Below, piece by piece: positions 9,316 to 16,949 of a stretch of 64,000 nt of DNA. Position numbers and translations under genes: made by a program. Position 1 is the first letter of the stretch; each line of letters begins with the position of its first letter. Source of the DNA: Polyangiaceae bacterium (GTDB lineage: Bacteria; Myxococcota_A; Polyangia; Polyangiales; Polyangiaceae); the NCBI GenBank assembly GCA_041389685.1, contig JAWKRJ010000033.1:19169-83168 (forward strand), in the 5' to 3' direction. A model generated the notes under the pieces. The model saw only the letters and a list, made by a program, of their open reading frames with translations, made no database searches and had not been told where the DNA came from.

Positions 9316-10970
9316 GGCGTCCCCGCGTCGGGCGCCGCCTTCAGCTCGCTGCTCCGGCGCAGGGCCGCCACGCCCTCGACCACGATCCACAGCTCGAGCA
9401 CGAGGAGCAGGGTGCCGACGAGAGCGATGGGGAGGTTGCCCGCCGCGAAGCTCGCCATCGCCTGGTGAACGAGCGCGACCGCCGCCACCGTCAAGATGAT
9501 CACCATCGGGATCGCGGCGAAGGCCCAGGGCCGACCGTCGCGGTAGAGCCAGACCGTGACCACGATGAGCGAGAGGCCGCCCAGCATCTGGTTGGCAGCC
9601 CCGAAGAGCGGCCACAGCGTGCTCTCCTGGCCGAAGAGGTAGAGGATCAGGGGCAGGCCGACGGCGATGCCCCCACCGACGTAGCGGTTCTCGAGGAAGG
9701 TGATCCCGCGGAGCCGGCCGAGCTCGGCGATGATGAAGCGCTGGATGCGCACGCCGGTGTCGAGGCTGGTGGCAGCGAAGGAGATCACGAGGACCGCCAC
9801 CACCACCTGCCCCGGCCCGGGGCCGATCCCGAGGGGCTCGAGGAAGGTCGCCGCGCCCTTCACGAAATAGGCGACCGCGTGTTTGCTGTCCGGCATGTGG
9901 TCGTAATGGACGGCGAAATCGCCGAGCCCGGCCGCCACCGCGAGGGTGGCGATCAGCGCGAGCAGCCCCTCGCCGAGCATGGCCCCGTAGCCCACCGGCA
10001 CCGCGTCGGGCGCACGCTCGATCTGCTTGCTGGTGGTCCCCGAGGACACGAGGCCGTGGAAGCCGCTGATCGCGCCGCAGGCGATGGTGACGAAGAGGAA
10101 GGGGAAGAGCGGCGGGGTGCCGGCCGGGCTCGGGTTGATGGCGGGCGCGGTGAGGGCAGGGCGCGCGATGAAGATGCCGGCGAGGAGCGCGAAGAGGCCG
10201 ACGAAGAGCTGGTGGCTGTTGATGTAGTCGCGCGGCTGGAGGAGCGTCCACACCGGCAGCACGCTCGCGATGAAGGAGTAGGCGAGCAGGAACACCACCC
10301 AGGCGAGGGCCTGGTTCTCGGGGCCGACGAGGCCCGCGAGCGACAGCGGCACCTTCACCCCCACCCAGACCATCGCGTAGAGCGAGATGAGGGCGAGGAG
10401 CGAGGGCCAGAAGAGCTTCGCCTTCTTCTTGTAACAGACCCAACCCATCACGAGCGCCACCAGGATCTCGAAGTTGATCGGGAGCACCGTGCCCGGCTGA
10501 GCGATGAAGAGGCCGGCGATGGCCTTGGCGAAGACCGCGATGACCATGAGGATCAGCGCGAAGATGACGAGCAGGAAGAGGGTGCGCGTGCGAGGGCTCA
10601 CGACCCGGGCGCTGATGTTCCCGACGCTGGTCCCCTCGTGGCGCATGCTGAGCACGAGGGTCGAGAAATCGTGCATCGCGCCCATGAACACGACGCCGAG
10701 CACGATCCAGAGGGTGGCGGGGAGCCAGCCGTAGACCACCGCCACCGCGGGCCCGATGATGGGGGCGGCGCCCGCGATGGATGCGTAGTGGTGGCCGAAG
10801 AGGACGTGTTTGTTGGTGGGGACGTAGTCGACCCCGTCCTCGAGGGTTTTCGCGGGGACGGGCTCGTCGTCCCGTAGGTCGAAGACGCGCCGGGCGAGGT
10901 GGCGGGCGTAGACGAGATAGCCGAGCGCGAAGGCGACGAGGGCGACGACGCAGAGGGTCGCGGCGTTCAC
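9312..10970 (-). CDS. cstA: Carbon starvation protein A (CstA family transporter)
   Basis: 552-aa polytopic membrane protein. N-terminus DGVDYVPTNKHVLFGHHYASIAGAAPIIGPAVAVVYGWLP is characteristic of CstA. GTG start overlaps the upstream stop (GTGA). Confidence 0.93.
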   Translation of the reverse strand: MNAATLCVVALVAFALGYLVYARHLARRVFDLRDDEPVPAKTLEDGVDYVPTNKHVLFGHHYASIAGAAPIIGPAVAVVYGWLPATLWIVLGVVFMGAMHDFSTLVLSMRHEGTSVGNISARVVSPRTRTLFLLVIFALILMVIAVFAKAIAGLFIAQPGTVLPINFEILVALVMGWVCYKKKAKLFWPSLLALISLYAMVWVGVKVPLSLAGLVGPENQALAWVVFLLAYSFIASVLPVWTLLQPRDYINSHQLFVGLFALLAGIFIARPALTAPAINPSPAGTPPLFPFLFVTIACGAISGFHGLVSSGTTSKQIERAPDAVPVGYGAMLGEGLLALIATLAVAAGLGDFAVHYDHMPDSKHAVAYFVKGAATFLEPLGIGPGPGQVVVAVLVISFAATSLDTGVRIQRFIIAELGRLRGITFLENRYVGGGIAVGLPLILYLFGQESTLWPLFGAANQMLGGLSLIVVTVWLYRDGRPWAFAAIPMVIILTVAAVALVHQAMASFAAGNLPIALVGTLLLVLELWIVVEGVAALRRSSELKAAPDAGTP

Positions 10971-11521
10971 GGCTCGCCTTGCTCCGCCTGCTCGCCGTGG
11001 TTGGGCGCGCCGTGGTTGGGCTCGGCGTGCGTCTCGGCGAGGCGACGGCGCTCGTCGGCGAGGGCGAGGCGTTGAGCGCGGCGCGCTACCGCCTCCTGGA
11101 AGCGGAGCTTCTCGCCGGGGCTCTCGGGGACCAGCGGGGGCACCGGCTTCGGCTTGCCCGCCTCGTCGAGGGCGACGAAGGTGAGGTAGGCGCTCGCCGC
11201 GTGGTCACGCTCGCCGGTCAGGGTGTTCTCGGTCTCCACCCGCACCCCGACTTCCATCGAGGTGCGGCCCACCCAGTTGACGCTGCTCTTGAGGCTGACG
11301 AGCTGCCCCCCCTTGATGGGGGCCACGAAATCGACGGCGTCCATCGAGGCGGTGACGACGATGGCTCGCGCGTGTCGCTGGGCCGCCATCGCGGCGCAGA
11401 TGTCGATCCAGCTCATGATGGTCCCGCCGAAGGCCGTGCCCAGCGAGTTGGTGTGTTGGGGGAGGACGAGCTGGTTCATCTCCACCGTGGTCTCGCAGGG
11501 GCGTTTTGCGGCTTGGCTCAT
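10967..11521 (-). CDS. Acyl-CoA thioesterase (hotdog fold)
   Basis: Start set at ATG 11521 (MSQAAKRPCETTVEMNQLVLPQHTNSLGTAFGGTIMSWIDICAA...), the typical YciA/Acot-like N-terminus. The remainder of ORF 10967..12505 is a shadow of the SirB1-like gene. Confidence 0.85.
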   Translation of the reverse strand: MSQAAKRPCETTVEMNQLVLPQHTNSLGTAFGGTIMSWIDICAAMAAQRHARAIVVTASMDAVDFVAPIKGGQLVSLKSSVNWVGRTSMEVGVRVETENTLTGERDHAASAYLTFVALDEAGKPKPVPPLVPESPGEKLRFQEAVARRAQRLALADERRRLAETHAEPNHGAPNHGEQAEQGEP

Positions 11522-11528
11522 CACGAAC

Positions 11529-12350
11529 TCAGTTGAGGAGGGGCGCGTCCGCCCCCTCGGCTTGCTCGAGCCACTCTTGCACGAGCTCGCGATCCGGAGC
11601 ATCGCGCGCTTCTGAGAGATAGAAAAGGAAGTCGTCGCGAGCGGCGGCATGGGCCCCGAGGGCGAGGGCATGGCGCCCGCGGTCGCGGCGATGGAAGGGG
11701 GCGTCGGTGAGGTCGCAGAGCCGGTCACAGACCACGAGGGCCTTGGCGCTCGCGGCGCGACGCTCGTAGATCTGCTGGAGGTTGAAGAGCATGCGGATGG
11801 CCATGACCCGCGTGTCGACCGGCAGGAGCTGGCCCTCGGCGAGGGTTGGGCTGCCCGTGACGCCCTTGGCGAGCTCGAGGAGGTGGTCGCGCTCGAGCAC
11901 CTGCCCCCGGTTGAAGGGGTCGAGGAAGAAGCCGCCCTCCCCCCCGGCGCGCACCAGGAAATGGCCGGGGAAGCCCACCCCCTCGATCGGCACGTCGAGC
12001 CGCCGACCGAGCGCCATGAGCACCACCGCGAGGCTGATGGGGATCCCCCGGCGCCGCTCCACCACGTCGGACAGGAAGCTGTTCCGCGGGTCGTAGTAGT
12101 CCTCGGCGTTGCCGCGAAAGCCGAGCTCGTCGTAGACGAGGCGGTTGATGGCCAGGATCTTCGCCGGCAGGTCCCGCCCGGCCTCGACGGCCACGCGGCA
12201 TTGATCCGCCCAGACGTCGAGGATCTCGAGGTAGCGGCTCGCGTCGAGCTCGGGGTACTCGTCCAGGGCGATGGCGAGCGCCACGTCCTCGATGGGGGCG
12301 TCCGCATCGACGGCCTCGACCACGCTGGCCATCTCCATGGCTTGCACCAT
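11529..12350 (-). CDS. SirB1-like transglutaminase-fold/TPR protein (UPF0162)
   Basis: 273 aa: LAINRLVYDELGFRGNAEDYYDPRNSFLSDVVERRRGIPISLAVVLMALGRRLDVPIEGVGFPGHFLV, followed by TPR-like helices. Confidence 0.75.
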   Translation of the reverse strand: MVQAMEMASVVEAVDADAPIEDVALAIALDEYPELDASRYLEILDVWADQCRVAVEAGRDLPAKILAINRLVYDELGFRGNAEDYYDPRNSFLSDVVERRRGIPISLAVVLMALGRRLDVPIEGVGFPGHFLVRAGGEGGFFLDPFNRGQVLERDHLLELAKGVTGSPTLAEGQLLPVDTRVMAIRMLFNLQQIYERRAASAKALVVCDRLCDLTDAPFHRRDRGRHALALGAHAAARDDFLFYLSEARDAPDRELVQEWLEQAEGADAPLLN

Positions 12351-12377
12351 CGCCGGCCCTGCTTCAACCTGGGCGTG

Positions 12378-13499
12378 ATGAACCAGCGCATCAGCGAGGA
12401 GAGCAAGCTCGAGCGTGGAGAGCCCGTCGATCCGAGGCTACCCTGGGTACGGGTCGTCCACGACCTCGCCGAGGCGCGGCAGGTCGAGCGGCCGGCGGAG
12501 CGCATCGCCGCCCTCGATCACTCAGGGCGCGCGCTGGGCGACGCCCTCCGCGCGGGGCCCATGGCGCGCGGCGTCCGCACCCTCGACGTGAGCGCCCTCG
12601 TCTATCCCACGCGTTTCGCCTTCAACGGCGCGGTCCCCCTCCCCTGGCCCTATGTGGTGATGAAGCATCGCTCCCTCTTGGTGGAGCTCGACACCCCGGA
12701 GGGCCCGAAGAAGCTCCTCTTCAACCCCACCGACGCCGACGCGTCCCAGGCCGGCACGCCCTTCTTCCAGGGATTGACCCGCGAGCTCGGGCGCGTCGCC
12801 CCCTTCGCCGTGGACCTCATCAAGCGCCGGAACCGGCCGCTCGTCGAGCGGCTCGCCGAGCTCGGGGTTCGCCCGGAGGACATCGATCTCCTCGCCTTCG
12901 ACCATTTCCACACCCAGGACCTCCGGCCCCTGCTCGGCACGGCGGACCGCCCGAGCCGCTTCCCGAACGCGCTGCTCCTCGCCCCCGCCCGCGAGTGGGA
13001 CCACTGGGGCGCGCTTCATCCCATGCAGCGCGCCTGGTTCGTGGCCGAGGGGCGCGACGGGGTGCCGCTCGACCGGGTGGTGCTCACCGACGGCGATCTG
13101 GCGCTCGGCGATGGGGCGCTCTTGTTGTCGACGCCCGGCCACACGGTGGGCAACCAGACCCTCTTCGTCCACGGCGCCGAGGGCGTCTTCGGCTTTTGCG
13201 AAAATGGCTGCAGCGCCGACAGCTGGAGCCCGCGGAGCTCGACCATCGTGGGCCTCCGGCGCTACGCGGAGCAGTACGGCGTGGACGTGGTGCTGAACGC
13301 CAACACCCCCGAGCTCGGCGGGGAGCAATACGCGAGCATGATGCTCGAGCGCGCGGTGGTGGATGCGGTGCCGAACGATCCCGAGGCGGTGCAGATGTTC
13401 CCCTCGAGCGAGGTGACCTGGACGCCCCTCGCCCCGGGCGTTCGCCCGCGCACGCTGTTCGAGCACCGCGACAGCGGCTCGATCACCGCGACGCCCTGA
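12378..13499 (+). CDS. MBL-fold metallo-hydrolase-like protein
   Basis: LLAFDHFHTQD and STPGHTVGNQTLFV motifs. Start placed at ATG 12378 because codon third positions upstream of ATG 12561 are still strongly G/C-biased. 12561 is the conservative alternative. Confidence 0.6.
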   Translation: MNQRISEESKLERGEPVDPRLPWVRVVHDLAEARQVERPAERIAALDHSGRALGDALRAGPMARGVRTLDVSALVYPTRFAFNGAVPLPWPYVVMKHRSLLVELDTPEGPKKLLFNPTDADASQAGTPFFQGLTRELGRVAPFAVDLIKRRNRPLVERLAELGVRPEDIDLLAFDHFHTQDLRPLLGTADRPSRFPNALLLAPAREWDHWGALHPMQRAWFVAEGRDGVPLDRVVLTDGDLALGDGALLLSTPGHTVGNQTLFVHGAEGVFGFCENGCSADSWSPRSSTIVGLRRYAEQYGVDVVLNANTPELGGEQYASMMLERAVVDAVPNDPEAVQMFPSSEVTWTPLAPGVRPRTLFEHRDSGSITATP

Positions 13500-13523
13500 G
13501 CCCACGCCCTCCGCAGGCTGGGC

Positions 13524-14111
13524 TCACTTCGGTGACCCAGGCTTTGCCTTCAGCTCGTAGCGGAAGACGACGCCCGTCGGATCCTGGGTCGGCATGCCGA
13601 CCCACTTGTTCTTGAGGATCTTCTGCACACAGCGGCCGGCGTCCTCGGCCACGCCCTTGCGCCCGAGGACCTCGACGCCCTCGGCGCGCCCACGCGCGCG
13701 GACCAGGAACTGCATCTTGAGCTCGCCGCTCGTGCCCTCGAGGCCGCCGCTCTCGGCGACGCAGGTGGCCACCTCGGCGAGGCTCTTCTCGAGGAACTTC
13801 TGCACCTCGACCTCGCCGTTGATGAACTCGGGCTCGGAGAGGGTGACGGTGGGCGGCTTGGCGGGCTTCGGCGGCTCCTCCTTCGGAGGGTCCTCGGGCG
13901 GCGGCTCCTCGGCGGGGGGCTGCTCCGCGGGCGGTTGCTCGGGAGGCGGCGGATCCGCGGGGGGATCCTCCTTGGGTGGCTCGGCCGGCGCGTCATCGGC
14001 GGGGGGCTCGGAGGGGCTCCCTTCGGCCGTGGGGGTCGCGGGCGCTCCCAGCGCGGGGGCGGCGCAGCCGAGCATGGACAGCAGGAGGAGGTGTGCCAGT
14101 CGTCGATCCAT
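13524..14111 (-). CDS. Lipoprotein with Pro/Glu-rich linker and AgmX/PglI-type (TonB-C-like) C-terminal domain
   Basis: ATG 14111 is preceded by GAGG. MDRRLAHLLLLSMLGC lipobox, a PPADPPPPEQPPAEQPPAEEPPPEDPP linker, and a two-Cys C-terminal domain ending VVFRYELK. Confidence 0.7.
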   Translation of the reverse strand: MDRRLAHLLLLSMLGCAAPALGAPATPTAEGSPSEPPADDAPAEPPKEDPPADPPPPEQPPAEQPPAEEPPPEDPPKEEPPKPAKPPTVTLSEPEFINGEVEVQKFLEKSLAEVATCVAESGGLEGTSGELKMQFLVRARGRAEGVEVLGRKGVAEDAGRCVQKILKNKWVGMPTQDPTGVVFRYELKAKPGSPK

Positions 14112-14171
14112 CGGTAACCTCGCGGGGGATAACATGGGCTCGGGGCCTGGGACCAGAAACGCGCGAGCCGG

Positions 14172-14843
14172 TCAGAAGCCTTCCCAACGCGTGAAGGCGC
14201 TCACGGGCTCTCGGGGCGAACGCAGCTGATTGACGGGGGCGTCGCGATCGGGATGACCGAGCGCCATGCCGCAGTAGAGCAGCTCCCCCTCGTCGAGGCC
14301 GAAATGTGCATGGAGGGATTTGCGGACCATGCCCCAGCTCTCCTGCATGCAGGTGCCCAGCCCGCGCGCGGTGGCCGCGAGGGCGAGCGACTGCATGAAC
14401 ATGCCGAGGTGCGCCCATTGGCCGCGCCCCATCACGCGGTCGATGACGAAGAACAGCCCGACGGGCGCGCCGAAGAAGAGGAAGTTCTGCGCGACCCAAC
14501 CGAGCCTCGCCATCTTGTCCTCACGCGGGATGCCGAGCTCGTCGTAGAGCTGCTCGCCGATCTCGTAGCGCCGCGTGCGATAGGGCTCGCCGAGTGGTTG
14601 GGGGTAGATCGGCGCCTCGTCCGCCTCGCCGGTGGGATCGGCCATCAGGCGCTGGGTGGCGAGCTGGCTCACCGCCTGCTTCGCCTCGCCCGCCACCACG
14701 ATCACCTTCCAGGGCTGGATATTGCCGCCGGAGGGCGACCAGCGCGCGACCTCGAGCAGCTCCTCGACGGTCGCGCGCTCGACGGGGCGGTCGAGGAAGG
14801 CACGGATGGAGATGCGGGTCCGGAGAGCCTCGTCGACATGCAT
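14172..14843 (-). CDS. Nitroreductase family protein
   Basis: MHVDEALRTRISIRAFLDRPVERATVEELLEVARWSPSGGNIQPWKVIVV is the classic FMN nitroreductase N-terminus. Confidence 0.9.
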   Translation of the reverse strand: MHVDEALRTRISIRAFLDRPVERATVEELLEVARWSPSGGNIQPWKVIVVAGEAKQAVSQLATQRLMADPTGEADEAPIYPQPLGEPYRTRRYEIGEQLYDELGIPREDKMARLGWVAQNFLFFGAPVGLFFVIDRVMGRGQWAHLGMFMQSLALAATARGLGTCMQESWGMVRKSLHAHFGLDEGELLYCGMALGHPDRDAPVNQLRSPREPVSAFTRWEGF

Positions 14844-14852
14844 CCCCGCGAT

Positions 14853-14883
14853 CTAAATCAGCGAACGCGGTGCGGCTACGCCT
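14853..14883 (-). promoter_or_regulatory. 31-nt conserved upstream motif, copy A (AGGCGTAGCCGCAccGCGtTCGCTGATTTAG), 9 nt before the ATG
   Basis: 28/31 identical to 41114..41144, with an identical 9-nt spacing to the start codon. No Shine-Dalgarno sequence in the spacer. Confidence 0.5.
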
Positions 14884-14907
14884 AGCGCCCACGGGGGCGA
14901 TCCGGTT

Positions 14908-15423
14908 TCACGCCGACCGCTCGGTGGAGCCGGCGTCGGCGACGAGGCGATCGATGGCGGCGACCAGCTGGCCCTGCGCGATGGGCTTCATCAAGAGGGC
15001 AGAGCCCGGTGCGCTCTGTTGGAGCGGGGCGTCCGCCTCGGCGATCAAACGCTGCGATCGCGGGGTGACGACGGCCAAGCCCACACGCGCGTATTCGCCA
15101 CCGTGCAGTCGTGCATGGGCGGCCTGCCACTCCGCGAGATCGGAGGTGAGCATGGCTTGGAGACGCTCGTAGCTCTCGCGGCTCGTGGCTCGCGACGCGA
15201 GCAGCGCGACCTTGGTGAGGCGCTGGCTGAGCATCCGCTGGCGGCCCGCGAGGTTCACCACGGTGGCCGAGGTCTCGTAGGCCGCGAGCGACTGTTGCAC
15301 CAACCATTGGCCAACCAGGACGAGGCCCGCGATGACGAGCACCGAAGCCACGAAGGCACGGCGGAGCCTGAGGATGGCGAGCTCGTCGCGCCCCGGAGCC
15401 TCACCTCGTCCCTCCCCCTTCAT
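14908..15423 (-). CDS. Membrane-anchored PilJ/NarX-type sensor-domain protein (truncated-looking)
   Basis: One TM segment (FVASVLVIAGLVLVGQWLV), then the P-box-like NLAGRQRMLSQRLTK typical of PilJ/NarX N-terminal sensor modules. The C-terminal LLMKPIAQGQLVAAIDRLV resembles the last helix of a receiver domain. Confidence 0.55.
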   Translation of the reverse strand: MKGEGRGEAPGRDELAILRLRRAFVASVLVIAGLVLVGQWLVQQSLAAYETSATVVNLAGRQRMLSQRLTKVALLASRATSRESYERLQAMLTSDLAEWQAAHARLHGGEYARVGLAVVTPRSQRLIAEADAPLQQSAPGSALLMKPIAQGQLVAAIDRLVADAGSTERSA

Positions 15424-15562
15424 CGCACCCCCCTCGTGGCATCGAGGATAATGCTTCCCGGAGCCTCAGGCACGCCGTGCCGTCGTCATCGCGAGCGCCA
15501 ATGAGCGAGCGGCTGGGATGGCTCTACGCCCATGGGTGGAGCAATGGCGCGCCGTGGCGTAG

Positions 15563-16852
15563 TCACCGCATCTCGCCCAGGAGGTCGGCGCGAAGGGCCC
15601 CGGACTGGGCCGCGAGCGAGGCGGCGGGGATCTGACCGTCGAGGTGGCAGAGCTGAAGGCTCAGCCGGCCGCCTTGCCGCTCGGTGACGATGACCAGGCC
15701 AGGCTGTGGCGACGGAACGACGGAGGTGTAGGCGTCGACGACCCGCTGGCCGAAGAGGCGCTCGAGCGGCAGGGGCCCCGGGCTCGACGCGATGAAGGAG
15801 CCGCGCTGCCCCGCGAAGGGGCTCCCCGCGAGCCAATGCACGAAGCCGTCGGGGAGCGCGCGGAAGGCGGCGAGGCTGGCCACCATGCCGAGCTCCAACC
15901 CGTCGCGCACGATCGCCCGCCGCTGCGCCGCGAGGCGAGCCAGCACGGCCGCCTCGTCGTCGAGGCTCGCGGAGGGGAGCGCGAGGAGGAGGGTGGTGAT
16001 GTTGTTGCCGAACAAACGGTCGCGCTGCCCCTTCGGATCGAGGGAGACGGGCATGACCGCGAGGTGCTGCGCCGGCGCGTCACCGCCTCCCTCGCGCAGG
16101 AGGCGGTGACAGAGGCGCGCCGCCGCGAGGACGATGATGCTGGCCTCCGCCAGCCCGGCCCGACGGCGACGAGCGAGGTCGAAGCGGCGCGTCTCTTCCT
16201 CCGTGAAGCGGATGCGGTGGACGCGAGGCCGCCCGGGGGGCGCGTCCTTCACCCAACGAGCCGGGCTCAGGATGGGCCCGCCTTGGGCGAGCGAGAGGGC
16301 GTGCTGGCCGTAGCGGCGCGCGAGCTCGAGGCGCTCCCGAAACCCGGCCGGTAGACGCTCGTCAGGCGCCGCGAAGGAGGGCCGGTCACCCGCCGAAGGC
16401 GCCTCCTCCCCCAGCCAGAGCAAGAGGCGCGCCGCGCCGAGGGCGTCGGTCAGCGGGTGGAACCAGCGCAGGGCGAGGGTGTCGCTCGTCGGGCCGTGCC
16501 AGAGCTCGACCTCCAGAGGGCGCGCCCCGTCGATGGGGGCGGCGAGGCGCTCTTCGACGAGGGGCTCGAGGTCCGCCGTGAAGGAGCGCTCGCCGAGCTC
16601 GGGTGCCCGCCCCGGACGCCACACCGACCCGCGCCCCGGCTGCCAGCCGAGGCGCCAGCCGAGCTCGGGACGCACCGCGCTCGCCTCGCGGAGGCGGCGC
16701 GCGAGGCGCTCGCGTGGCACGCGGCCCTCGAGGCTCGCGACGAGGACACAGCTCGCCCCACCGAGCCCGGCGGCCCGCGTCTCGCGGTGGAGCCGGAGGT
16801 GGAAACGATCGATGGCACCGAGGGGGCGACCCACCCTGCGGCTCATAACCAA
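15563..16852 (-). CDS. Condensation/WS-DGAT-like acyltransferase (HxxxD family)
   Basis: 429-aa ORF. WFHPLTDALGAARLL matches the HxxxD catalytic motif of the condensation/wax-ester-synthase fold. Otherwise weakly recognisable. Confidence 0.45.
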   Translation of the reverse strand: MVMSRRVGRPLGAIDRFHLRLHRETRAAGLGGASCVLVASLEGRVPRERLARRLREASAVRPELGWRLGWQPGRGSVWRPGRAPELGERSFTADLEPLVEERLAAPIDGARPLEVELWHGPTSDTLALRWFHPLTDALGAARLLLWLGEEAPSAGDRPSFAAPDERLPAGFRERLELARRYGQHALSLAQGGPILSPARWVKDAPPGRPRVHRIRFTEEETRRFDLARRRRAGLAEASIIVLAAARLCHRLLREGGGDAPAQHLAVMPVSLDPKGQRDRLFGNNITTLLLALPSASLDDEAAVLARLAAQRRAIVRDGLELGMVASLAAFRALPDGFVHWLAGSPFAGQRGSFIASSPGPLPLERLFGQRVVDAYTSVVPSPQPGLVIVTERQGGRLSLQLCHLDGQIPAASLAAQSGALRADLLGEMR

Positions 16853-16949
16853 TCGAGCGGTGGACGGACAGCACCCAGGTCTTCAGATCCGCTCGATACG
16901 ACCGTTCCCCGGAGGTGACCCACGCCGTCGCCTCGCGGAAGCGCGCCCC

